A stretch of DNA of 64,000 nucleotides from assembly GCF_009914755.1 (NCBI RefSeq), contig NC_060937.1; one strand, given 5' to 3'. The notes beneath the pieces are model-generated. The model saw only the letters and a list, made by a program, of their open reading frames with translations. It had not been told where the DNA came from and searched no databases. Of this stretch, positions 30,105 through 42,673 are shown in pieces (position 1 is the first letter of the stretch; each line of letters begins with the position of its first letter). A program made the translations under genes and the position numbers. The stretch is from the human T2T-CHM13v2.0 reference genome, Homo sapiens.

Positions 30105-31470
30105 CAAATACAAGCATGTTAAAGAGACATAGGAGCTAACCAGAGAAGCTCCCAGTGGTGTAAATTGGAATGATTTGAATTTAAAGATTATTAGATTATA
30201 ACCCTAAATATAATGTAAAAATTCATGTGTCTGTGCTAATGTAAACAAATGATGGTATAAATAAGTAAATGGAGGGGTATAGACAAATATCCCAGGCAGA
30301 AGAAAGAATTCCAAACAATTTATGAGGTTACTTTGTCATTAATGACCTCGACATAAATCCTCATTCCTTGAGGTTTTTCAGTGTAGGAAAGAATGAGGAA
30401 GTAAAAAGACAAAACAAAATAAAAAAAGAGTAACTTATAGTAGAAAAATCTGATAAACACTACTTCAAGCCAGATATTTAAGGTTAACATTACCAGTGAT
30501 GTTGATGTTACGTTCCCTTAACAACATGTAATGAGAATGGGAATTTATCTCTGCTGTCTTTTTTTTCAAAAACACATTACCCAAAGGCATTATGCTAAGT
30601 GTAATAAACTAGTCACAGAGAGACAAACACTGCATGATTCTGCTTACATAAAGTGTCTATTATAGTCAAACTCATAGAAGCAAACAACACAATAGCAGTT
30701 TCCAGGGGCTGGGAGATGGTAGAAATGGGGAGTTGTTGTCCAATGGGTATGAAGTTTCAGTTACGCTAGATGAATGTTAGTGCTAAATATCTGTTGTACA
30801 GCATAGTGGCTATAATTAACTGTGCAGTATTGTGCATTTCAAAATTTGTTAAGAGGGTAGATCTCATGTTAAGTTTTCCTATCACACACACAAAAAAGCA
30901 AACACACAAAGGGACTCAAGAAAACTTTAAGAGGTATGGAATGTATCTATTACCTTGATTATGATGATGATATCATGATCTTGTAATGTCCAAATGAATC
31001 ATAATGTAAACATCAAATATGTGTGGTTCTTAATATATCAATTTTACCTCAATAAACTGTAAAGAAAGTAAACACACACACACACAATCTCAGTCTAACC
31101 ATGAGAAAAAAAATAGACAAATGACAATTAAGGAACATTCTACAAAATGCCTTATCCATAATCTTCAAAATTCCCAAGGTCATCAAAAACAATAAGAAAT
31201 GTAAGGGGATATGGCTACTAAATGTAACATGGAATCGAGGAAGAAAACTTTAAAAACATTTGTAAAAAGCATATTAGGGGAAAACAGGAAATTTTAATAA
31301 ATCATGGGCTTTTGGTAATAACATATGATTGCTTCATTAATTGTAGCAATGTACCATCTTAATGTAAGATATAAATAATTGGGGAAAATGAATATGAGAT
31401 ATAAGAGAATTCTATGCTAAACTTGCATTTTTGTAACATTAGACCTGAAATTAAAAGTTTATTAAAATTA
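30105..31470 (+). mobile_element. L1MC/L1MD 3' fragment split by a nested L1MA/MB 3' end
   Basis: Same motif order as 23400-24270; resumes at ~31085 after the insertion. Confidence 0.65.
30585..31070 (+). mobile_element. L1MA9/L1MA10/L1MB-type 3' end nested in the older L1
   Basis: cattatgctaagtg...tagtcaaactcatagaagca...aagagggtagatctcatgttaag...tacctcaataaa. Confidence 0.8.
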
Positions 31471-31527
31471 ATAATCACACACAATATTAGAATTTTGAAA
31501 ATTTTATACTTATGTGCAAACTTGGGG

Positions 31528-31573
31528 TTCATACTCTCTGTTACTTTAAATTCATACTCTCTGTTACTTTAAA
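31528..31573. repeat. Perfect 23-bp tandem duplication ttcatactctctgttactttaaa x2
   Basis: Seen directly. Confidence 0.92.
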
Positions 31574-31574
31574 A

Positions 31575-31945
31575 GGTTTTCTAGCCAAGCTAGGTTTATA
31601 TTTCAATAAGTACAAAATCCACTGATGCTTAACACCCTAATCATTTGCATTATTACCTTTGCAATGTTTTCATTATGTCTACTGCACATGCCTCCTCACC
31701 CTGAAGAGCATGGTTTACTCATGGTAGATGACAGAAGCTCAAGAAGGCAACTATGCAAACACAGTAAAGCCTCTGCTTGTGTCATATTCTCCAATATTCC
31801 ATTAGCCAAAGTAACTCACATTTGCAATCCCCAAGTCATTGTCAAAAAAAATACATTACCTATTCTAACAGGAGTCACTAAGTATGCTGAAGTATGACTT
31901 TTACAAAGACAGAGTGAGAACTTGGGACAAATAATCCAGTATATT
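31575..31945 (-). mobile_element. Old MLT1-type MaLR LTR fragment
   Basis: gcctctgcttgtgtcata...attccattagccaaagtaactcacat resembles MLT1 reverse strand; diverged. Confidence 0.45.
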
Positions 31946-34900
31946 ATGGGTTCAAAAATGCAAGCTTATCTTATGCAGATAGTTTTTATTTAGTTCATCT
32001 AAAAAAATGGGTTCTGTGCATCATCTTTCCTAGTATCCTGAAAAGCAAACTATCCCTAGAGTAAAATATCTGGTTTGCCTAATAATTTGCTCAGTGATCT
32101 TGGGAAAGAACTCAACTTTCTGAGTATAAGCTTAGCATCTGAATCTAATTAATCAAAAAGGTCTCTCTTAAATCTATTTTTTAATTAGTAATTATTTCTC
32201 TGCCACAAGTAAATTGAATGTTTTTTGGTGTTCCATAAGAGTGTGTAAAAGCAAACACAAAAATGAGAAATGTGTGGACATAGTCTAATTTCTCAAAAAA
32301 ACAGAGAAGATATGCAGGGCTATTTTATTTTTTGTTTTGTTTCTATTTTTTATTTTTGCATTTTGATAGCCTACTGTGTATTGTAATATTCATCTACAAG
32401 TAACAAAGCCTAATATATTTAAACATATTCTAATTACAGAATGTTAAACATATTTTATAGAATATTAAACTTATTCTATAATTCAAACCTTTTGCTAAGT
32501 CATATATGCCTGATATATCAAATTTATATTAAACAGTCACCTATTATTTTATTTTCTATTTATTAATTAGGGAGAAGTTTCTTTATTTTGGTGTAACCTA
32601 AATAGTGCACACAGATAGAAATATGGCTAAAGATTTTGTGTTAGTGTTCAATGATTTTCTATTATTTTCCCAAAAATAAAATTTTATGTAGCCTAAGACA
32701 TAGATATTAATGTTAGTATGATTTTGTTTAATGTAATTGTATGCTGCAGAAGTGAAATAGACTATATGAGAAAAAAGTTTAAATTTGAAATGCCATGATA
32801 TGACCCTGGGCAATTTTTACAGACTATGACTTAAAACAAACTTATTATCGGCATCATTTGTCGTTTCCTGTTTGAATTCTTCATTTTGATTGAACAAAGT
32901 TACTATCCGGTTTGGCAAGTTGGTAATACTTTTATCTCTACAGACTTTATTTTTGAATTTGAAAAAGAAATTCTTATTCCAGGGAAAAAAATAAGTTTTC
33001 TACTCAGAATTTTTGAAAAAGAAATGAAAATTGTATGCATTCCCAGTCAATATATTTTCCCAGTAACTTGCTTTAGGTGGGAGGCATGATTCAGTATTTC
33101 AGTTAGGTTCAAAGACAAATATGTCCATCTTACAATTGCATAATTTATTTGGATAATGTAGAGACATTTAATCAGATTAATTTATAGTGAAAGAATGATT
33201 GAATGACCTAACAAACTATAAGTTTACAAAACTTATAACACTGATTAAATGACAGACATAATTTTACTCTCCATTGTTCCCTGGTGTTTACTCATAAATA
33301 TTTTAGACACATTGATGACACCAGCAAGACTGGTTGTTTTATCAGTTTTGAATGAACTAAAATCCCAAGTTTAGTAAAATATCTGCTTAGAAAACCAAGG
33401 CACTTAAAAATTATTTTACTTAATGTTTGTAACTTTCCTTCCTGCTTCCTGGTATTAATATTTAATCTGAGCTAAACTTTTATATAATCAAGTTTTATCT
33501 TTAACATTTCTTGCATACAGCAAGTGAGAAGATTGAAGATGCAGCCTCTTCTACAGCTTATCTTGTATCCCCACTAGTTTTGGTCTTTCCAAATGTTCAC
33601 AAACACTCTTTTTTGGGGGGTTGGAGGGCCTCTATTTAGCTCTAATGTTGCTTTACTGTGATATAACCATATTTCTATATGAAGTTTGAGTGTACACTAA
33701 CCATGAGCTTCCAAAAGGTTGAAAAATGAATTAAAAAACTAGTGCAGAAAGATTTATCTTCCTAAGAATGACTCCTTTGATCCCACCTTCACCATCTTCC
33801 ACCACAATCAAATCTTCATTTCCTCTTACGTTGTTTGCTACATTACATTACAGATTATGTACAACTTCCATTTGTTTAATTTCAACATATGTATAATATG
33901 TAAAATAGTTTTTGTTTTTCAATTAATGTGTTTCTTTTGTGATAATGGCGTATTTGGGGAAGGAATAAAATATAATTTTCCCATTATAATTAATATAATT
34001 ATTATTTCTTAAGTTACTTACCAGATGTTCACTTAGCAGCAGGGTTTTTCAGGGGAAAAAAATATTCAAACTAAAGGCTAATGGCTATTTTTTTTTAAGT
34101 AGAAAATTTGACCAGTAATTGGAAAAGAGATTAAAAGCTTAAATTCTCAAATATTGAAAACCAGATAGTAAAATATTTTTGGATATTTTAACATATCTAA
34201 TTCAAAAGGAATAACTTTTCGCTCTATCTACTGACTTGGAGAATTAAGAATCTGGAATAACACATAAATTCAATGAAATATTCATTTCATGAAATTATGA
34301 AGGGGCTAAAACATTGAACATCCTCTTCTAAAAAACTATTGAGATCAAAGACACTTCTAACATCTCCTCTGTTCTTAAACTCCTCAGAGCAAAAAACTGC
34401 AAACATTTTTAATAATATGCATCTGCAGTAAATTAATTGGAAAATATAACTTCAATACTTATTTATTGATTGATACATTTTATTTGTGTTCTACTACATT
34501 AGTATAATATTAACAAATTACAACAATTACCACTAAGATAAATCACAAAATGCTGTTTACAATTTGCATGTTGTTTTAACCCTTGTAATGAAATGAATTG
34601 AGTTGTATACCCCTGGCATTCTCTAAAGCCACCTTGGAAACTATTTCTTCAGGAGACACTGTTACCTGTAAAATTATGTGACTCATTTGTGCTTAAAGAT
34701 GAAAAAAGTTTCTTGCAATCTTCTACTACATTATCTGTTTTCTTCTGAAACATTGCATTTACAAGTGCTGTGCTTTCTTTTTAACAATAAAAAGAATGTA
34801 GTTATTTGTAAGTTTGTCTATTAAAAATGAGAAACTATACTGCTTGCTTTTTATTCTAATGTCCTTTAAAAGGAAAAATGATGAGTTTTTAAGCAGGATG

Positions 34901-36742
34901 TTCAGTTAAATAATATTCTCAATATAAAGGAATATGGCAAATTAAACAAATATAATTATATAAATTTTTGAACTACAATAAATACTCTATTGAAACTTGA
35001 AATTTGATTATTCTGTGAACTAAATTAATTTATTATTCATTCATTATCATTAATTTACTGACTTCTAAAATTCTATATTTTAATGTTTTCAGTAAAAATA
35101 TAGTACGCAGAATTTTATTTGAAATAAGAAAAATTCATTATGTTGTTGATAGAGAAAGAAAATTGTTTTATTCCCTAAAGTCCTATACCATTATATTTTC
35201 AATATATATTACACAGTTTTCAGAGCCTTGGGAAAAATTAATGCATTCCTAATTGTTTATTTGTCATATTGCATATTACAATAGTACCAAAAACAATTGA
35301 TTTGAGTATTTAGGATCAAATATGTGTATTTTCATAAACTGTTTCAAATGTTTATATCTATATGAGTATTGCACTGTGTTTATTAAGAATGGTTGAGTTT
35401 GATGGAGGGGCCAAGATGGCCAAATAGAAACAGCTCTGGTCTGCAGCTTCCGGCAAGACCAACACAGAAGGTGAGTGATTTCTGCATTTCCAACTGAGGT
35501 ACCCAGTTCATCTCACTGGGACTGGTTAGACAGTGGGTGCGACCCATGGAGACAGAGTAGAAGCAGGGTGGGGCATTGCTTCACCCAGGAAGTGCAAGGA
35601 GCCGGGAGGCCTCCCTCCCCCAGGCAACGGAAGTGGTAAGGGACTGTGCTACCCACTCCAGGGTACTGTGTTTTTCCCACGGATTTTTGCAATCTGCAGA
35701 TCAGGAGATCTCCTCGTGAGCCTACACCACCAGGGCCCTGGGTTTCAAGCACAAAACTGGGTGGCTGTTTGGGCAGGCACTGAGATAGCTGCAGTTTTTT
35801 CATACCCCAGTGGCACCTGGAACCCCAACAAGCCAAGAGAAGCATCCACTCCCCTGGAAAGGGGCCTGAAGCCATGGATCCAAGTGGTCTCATTCAGCGG
35901 GTCCCACTCCCATGGAGCTCAGCAAACTAAGAACGTCCGGCTTGAAATTCTCACCACCAGCACAGCAGTCTGGAGTCAAGCTGGGATGATCGAGCATGGT
36001 GAAGTGAGGGGCATCCACCATTATTACTGAGGCTTTAGTAGGCGGTTTTCCCCTGACAATGCTAAAGAGACTGGGAGGTTTGGACTGGACGGAATTCACA
36101 AGAGTGTGACAAAGTGGCTATGGCCAGACTCCTTCTCTAGATTCCTTCTCACTGGGAAGGGCGTCTCTGAAGGAAATGCAGCAACCCCAGTCAGGGGCTA
36201 ACAGATAAAATTCTCATCTCGTTGGGACAGAGCACTTGTTGGGGAGAAGTGGATGTGTCACAGCTTCAGCAGACTTAATCTTTCCTGCCTACTGGCTCTG
36301 AAGAGAGAAGCTGATCTGAAAAGGAGGATTCTTCCAGCATAGCACACCAGCTTTGCTAAGAGACAGACTACCTCCTCAAGTGGGTCCCTGAACCCCGTGC
36401 CTCCTGACTGGGAGGCACCTCCCAACAGGGGTCAACAGACACCTCATGCAGGAGAGCTCCAGCTAGCACTAGGCCAGTGCCCCTCTGGGATGCAGCTTCC
36501 AGAGGAAGGAACAGGCACCAATCTTTACTGTTCTGCAGCCTTTACTGGTGATACCCAGGCAAACAGGGTCTGGAGTGGACTTCTAGCAACTGCAGAAAAC
36601 CTGCAAAAGAGAGACCTGACCATTAGAAGAAAAACTAACAAAGAGAAAGCAACAACAACATCACACAAAAAAAGACCCTCATACAAAAACCCCATGCGAA
36701 GGTCATCAGCCTCAAAGATCAAAGGTAGATAAATCCAGGAAG

Positions 36743-37803
36743 ATGAGGGAAAACTAGTGCAAAAGTGCTGAAAATTCCAAAAGCCAGCATGTCTCTTCTC
36801 CTCGAAATGATAGCAACACCTCTCCAACACGGTTGCAAAACTGGATGGAGAATGAGATTGATGAATTTACAGAAGCAGGTTTATAAAATGGGATTATATC
36901 CTGGATAATATCCTGAAGGTGGGTAATAACAAACTCCTCTCAGCTAAAGGAGCATTTCCTAACCCAATGCAAGGAAGCTAAGAACCTTGATAAAAGGTTA
37001 CAGGAACTGTTAAATAGAATAACCAGTTTACACAGGAACATAAATGACCTGATGAAGCTGAAAAACACAGCACAAGAACTTTGTGAAGCATACACAAGTA
37101 TCAATAGCCAAATCGATCAAGTGGAAGAAAGGATATCAGAGATTGAAAATCACCTCAATGAAATAAGGTGTAAAGACAATATTAGAGAAATAAGAATAAA
37201 AAGGGATGAACAAAGCATCCAAGAAACATGGGACTATGTGAAAAAAAAAAAATCTAAGATTGATTGGTATACCTGAAAGTGACAGGGAGAATGGAACCAA
37301 GTTGGAAAACACACTTCAGGATATTATCCAGGAGAATTTCCTCAACCTAGCAAGACAGGCCAACATTCAAATTCAGGAAATACAGAGAACACCACTAAGT
37401 TACTCCATGAGAATATCAACCCCAAGACACATAATCATCAGATTCTCCCAGGTTGAAATGAAGGAAAAAATGTTAAGGGCAGCCAAAGAGAAAGGTCAGG
37501 TTGCCTACAAAGGGAAGCCAATGAGACTAACAGTGGATCTCTCTGCAGAAACCCTACAAGTCAAAGGGGCAGTGTGGGGGCGACAATAGTAAACATTCTT
37601 AAAGAAAATAATTTTCAACCCAGAATTTAATATCAAGGCAAACAAAGTTTCATAAGTGAAGAGAAATGAAATCCTTTCCAGACAAGAAAATGCTGAGAGA
37701 TTTTGTCACCACCAGGCCTGTCTTGCAAGAGCTCCTGAAGGAAGCACTAAATATAGAAAGGAAAAATTGGTACCAGCCACTGCAAAATCACACCAAAATA
37801 TAA
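36743..37803 (+). pseudogene. L1 ORF1p remnant (coiled coil/RRM/CTD), frameshifted
   Basis: ORF fragments INSQIDQVEERISEIE and LENTLQDIIQENF...TPRHIIIRF...YKGKPMRLTVDLSAETLQ. Confidence 0.9.
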
Positions 37804-37866
37804 AGACCAATGAAACTATAAAGAAACTGCATCAACTAATGTGAAAAATAATCAGCTAGCATCATA

Positions 37867-40800
37867 ATGACAGGATCAAATTCACACATAACAATATTAA
37901 CCTTACATGTAAATGGGCTAAATGCCCATTAAAAGACAGAGACTGGCAAACTGGATAAAGATCCAAGACCCATCAGTGTGCTGTATTCAGGAGACCCATC
38001 TCATGTGCAAAAACACACGTAGGCTCATAATAAAGGGATGGATGAATATTTACCAAGCAAATGGAAAGCAAAAATAAATCAGGGGTTGCAATCTTAGTCT
38101 CTGATTAAACAGACTTTAAAACAACAAAGATGAAGAAGGGCATTACATAATGGTAAAGGGAAAAATTCAACAAGTAGAGCTAACTATCCTAAATATATAT
38201 GGACGCAATATAGGAGCTCCCAGATTCATAAAACAAGTTCTTAGAGACCTACAAAGAGACTTAGACTTCCACACAGTAATATTGGCAGACTTTAATACCC
38301 CACTGTCAATATTAGACAGATCAATGAGACAGAAAATTAACAAGAATATTCAGGACTTGAACTCAGCCCTGGATCAATTGGACCAAATAGATATCTACAG
38401 AACTCTTCACCCCAAATCAACAGAATATACATTCTTCTCAGTGCCACATGGCACTTATTCTAAAATTGACCACATAATTGAAGTAAAACCCTCCTCAGCA
38501 AACGCAAAGAACAGAAACCATAACAAACAGTCTGACAGACCACAGTGCAATGAAATTAGAACTCAGAATTAAGAAACTCACTCAAAACCACACAACTACA
38601 TGAGAATCGAACAACCTGCTCCTGAATGACCCCTAGGTAAATAACAAAATTGAGGCAGAAATAACGAAGTTCTTTGAAACCAATGAGAACAAAGAGACAG
38701 TGTTCCAGAATCTCTGGGACACAGCTAAAGTAGTGTTAAGAGGGAAATTTAGAGCACTAAATGGCCACATGAGAAAGCTGGAAAGATCTCAAATTGACAC
38801 CCTAACATCACAATTAAAAGAACTAGAGAAGCAAGAGCAAACAAATTCAAAAGGAGAAGAGAAGAAATAACAAAGATCAGAGCAGAACTGAAGGAGATAG
38901 AGACATGAACAACCCTTCAAAAAATAAATGAATACAGGAGCTGTTTTTTTTTAAATTGACAAAATAGACAGACTACTAACTAGACTAATAAAGAAGAAAA
39001 GAGAGAAGAATCAAATAGACAATAAAAAATGATAAATGGGATATGACCACTGATCCCACAGAAATACAAACTGCCATCAGAGAATATTATAAACACCTCT
39101 ATGCAAATAAACTAGAAAATTTAGAAGAAATGGATAAATTCCTAGACACATACACCCTCCAAAGACTAAACCAGGAAGAAGTCAAATCCCTGAATAGACC
39201 AATAACAATTTATGAAATTGAGGCAGTAATTAATAGCCTACCAACCAAAAAAGCTGAGGACCAGATGGATTCTCAGCCGAATTCTACCAGATGTACTAAG
39301 AGGAGGTGGATTATTCCTTCTGAAATGATTCCAAACAACAGAAAAGGAAGGTCTCCTCCCTAACTCATTTTATGAGGCCAGCATCATCCTGACACCAAAA
39401 CCTGGCAGAGACACAACAACAACAGAAAAACTTCAGGCCAATATCCCTGATGAACATCAGTGTGAAAATCCTCAATAAAATACTGGCAAACCAAATCCAG
39501 CAGTCGTCAAAAAGCTTATCCACCACAATCAAGCTGGCTTCATTCCTGGGATGCAAGGCTGGTTCAACATACACAAATCAATAAATGTAATACATCACAT
39601 AAACAGAACCAATGACAAAAACCACATGATTATCTCAATAGATGCAGAAAAGGCCTTCGATAAAATTCAACATCCCTTCATACTAAAAATTTTCAATAAA
39701 CTAGACATTGATGAAACATATCTCAAAATAATAAGAGCCATTTATGACAAACCCATAGCTAATGTCATATTTAATGGGCAAAGGCTGGAGGCATTCCCTT
39801 TGAAAACCAGCACAAGACAAGGATGACCTCTCTCACCACTCCTATTCAACATAGTATTGGACGTTCTGGCCAGGGAAATCAGGTAAAAGAAAGAAAGAAA
39901 TAGTATTCAAATAGGAAGAGAGGAAGTCAAACTGTCTCTGTCTGCAGATGACATAATTCTATATTTAGAAAACCCCATTATCTCAGCCCAAAAACTCCTT
40001 AAGCTGATAAGCAACTTCAGCAATGTCTCAAGATACAAAATCAATGTGCAAAAATTACAAGCATTCCTATACACCAACAATAGACAAGCAGAGAGCCACA
40101 TCATGAATGAACTCCCATTCACAATTTCTACTAAGAGAATTAAATACCTAGGAACACAGCTTACAAGGGATGTGAAGGAACTCTTCAATGAGAACTACAA
40201 ACCACTGCTCAAGGAAATAAGAAAGGACACAAACAAAAGGAAAAGCATTTCATGCTCATGGATTGCCAAGACCAGCTCAGTCAGGGAGACCGTAACCCAG
40301 CGGTGCTAGAGGAATTAAAGACACACACACAGAAATATAGAGGTGTAGAGTGGGAAATCAGGGGTCTCACAGCCTTCAGAGCTGAAAGCCTCAAACAGAG
40401 ATTTACCCACGTATTTATTAACAGCAAGCCAGTGATAAGCATTGTTTCTATAGATTATAGATTAACTGAAAGTATTCCTTACGGGAAACAAAGTGATAGG
40501 CCGAAATAAAGGGATGGGTCTGGCTAGTTATCTGCAGCAGGAGCATGTCCTTAAGGCACATGTCACTCGCGCTATTGTTTGTGGTTTAAGTATGCCTTTA
40601 AGCGGTTTTCCACCCTGGGTGGGCCAAGTGTTCCTTGCCCTTATTCTGGAAAACCCACAACCTTCCAGCATGGACATCATGGCCATCATGAACATGTCAC
40701 AGTGCTGCAGAGATTTTGTTTATTGCCAGTTTTGGGGCAAATTTATAGCCAGATTTTGGGGGCCTATTCCCAACAATGGATAGGAAGAATCTATATTGTG

Positions 40801-42180
40801 AAAATGGCCATACTGCCCAAAGTAATTTATAGATTTAATGCTATTCCAATCAAGCTACCATTGACTTTCTTTGTAGAATTAGAAAAAACTACTTTAAATT
40901 TCATATAGAACCAAAAAAAAATATTGTATACCCAAGACAATCCTAAGCAAAAAGAACAAAGCTGGAAGCATCATACTACCTGACTTCAAACTGTACTACA
41001 AGCCTACAGTAACCAAAACAGCATGGTAGTCATACTGAAACAGATATATAGACCAATGGAACAGAACCCAGAGCTCCAAAATGACACCACACATCTGCAA
41101 CCATCTGATCTTTGACAAACCTGACAAAAACAAGCAATGGAGAAAGGATTCCCAATGTAATAAATTGTTCTGGGAAAACTGGCTACCCGTATGCAGAAAA
41201 CTAAACCTGGACCCCTTTCTTACACCTTATACAAAAATTAACTCAAGATGGATTAGAGATTCAAATGTAAAACCCAAAACCATAAAACTTCTAGAAGAAA
41301 ACCTAGGCAATACTATTCAGGATGTAGGCATGGGCAAAGACTTCATGACTAAAACACCAAAAAGAATTGCAATAGAAGCCAAAATTGACAAATGGTATCT
41401 AACTAAAGTAAAGATCACAGCAAAGGAAATTAGCATCAGAGTGAACACGCAACCTACAGAATGGGAGAAAATTTTTGCAATTTACCCATCTGACAAAGGT
41501 CTAATATCCAGAATCTACAAGCAACTTAAACAAATTTACAAGAACAAAACAAACAACCCCATCAAAAAGTGGGCAAAGGATATGAACAGACACTTTTCAA
41601 AAAAGGAAATTTATGAGGCCAACAAATATATAAAAAAAGCCATCATCACTGATCATTAGAGAATTGCAAATCAAAACCACAATGAGATACCATCTCATAG
41701 CAGTTAGAATGCCAATTATGAAAAAGTCAGGAAACAATAAATGCTGATGAGGCAGTGGAGAAATAGGAACGCTTTTACACTGTTGGTGGGAGTGTAAATT
41801 AGTTCAACCATTGTGGAAGACAGTGTGGCAATTCCTCAAAGATCTATAACCAGAAATTCCATTTGATCCAGGAATCCCATTACTGGATATATACCCAAAG
41901 GATCATAAATCATTCTACTATAAAGACACATGAACACATATGTTTATTGCAGTACTATTTACAATAGCAAAGACTTGGAACCAACCCAATGTCCATCAAT
42001 GATAGACTAGATAAATAAAATGTGGCACATATACACCATGGAGTACTATGAAGCCATAAAAAAGAATGAAATCATGTCCTTTGCAGGGACATGGATGAGG
42101 CTGAAAGCCACCATTCTCAGCAAGCTAACACAGGAACAGAAAACCAAACACTGCACTTCTCACTCATAAATGGGAGTTGA
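37867..42180 (+). pseudogene. L1 ORF2p remnant (APE endonuclease, RT, Cys-rich domain), broken by stops, frameshifts and MER9
   Basis: Fragments LTILNIY...ADFNTPLS...YSKIDH, MQGWFNI...[19 protein letters not shown], and [16 protein letters not shown]. Confidence 0.92.
40264..40775 (-). mobile_element. MER9 solo LTR (HERV-K9/HML-3) inserted in L1 ORF2
   Basis: Reverse complement begins tgttgggaataggcccccaaaatctggctataaa; 512 bp; perfect 6-bp TSD ATGGAT (40258-40263 / 40776-40781), the length typical of ERVK. Confidence 0.93.
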
Positions 42181-42581
42181 ACAATGAGAACGCATGGACA
42201 CAGGGAGGGGAACACCACACACTGGGGCCTGTCAGGGGCTGGGGGGCAAGGGGACGGAGAGCATTAGGACAAATACCTAATGCATGTGGGGCTTAAAACC
42301 TAGATAATGGGTTGATAGGTACAGCAAACCACCATGGCACATGTATACCTATGTAACAAACATGCACGTTCTGTACATGTATCCCAGAACTGAAGTAAAA
42401 TTTAAAAAAATAGTGATTGAGTTTGACTATGTTTGAAATTATTTGACAGTTCAATTGTATCTATAACAATTGAAATATCTTTTATTCCTGTTTGAGCCAG
42501 TATTGACTTAACCTCTATTAAATATCTCTTCATATTGCTTCCATCCATTAAGGAATTTCAAAATGCCATTTTCTCTTCTGC

Positions 42582-42673
42582 TTTTTTTTTTTGTATATTT
42601 TTCTTTTTCTTTTTTTTAATTATTATTATACTTTAAGTTTTAGGGTACATGTGCACAATGTGCAGGTTAGTTA
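42582..42673 (-). mobile_element. Extremely 5'-truncated young L1 (L1PA2/PA3-like) 3' tip
   Basis: T-rich tail then attatactttaagttttagggtacatgtgcacaatgtgcaggttagtta, matching the recalled young-L1 3' end. Confidence 0.88.

Larger units (their letters stand above)
35403..42408 (+). mobile_element. Full-length L1PA8-like (L1PA7-PA10 range) LINE-1, inactivated
   Basis: 5' ggccaagatggcc (YY1 site) UTR, ORF1 and ORF2 remnants, 3'UTR ggggcttaaaacctagat, A tail; 18-bp TSD aagaatggttgagtttga (35385-35402) / aatagtgattgagtttga (42409-42426). Confidence 0.95.

Noticed and set aside
23400-31470. Similarity between 23400-24270 and 30105-31470 suggesting a segmental duplication
   Set aside because: Both are diverged 3' ends of the same L1MC/MD class; independent insertions explain it.
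35513-36830. Several 100-165 aa ORFs on both strands
   Set aside because: They lie in the GC-rich L1 5'UTR/ORF1 start; stop-poor composition with no independent coding evidence.
40046-40908. Apparent L1 ORF2-MER9 chimeric ORFs
   Set aside because: Read-through across the LTR insertion junctions in an already broken ORF2.
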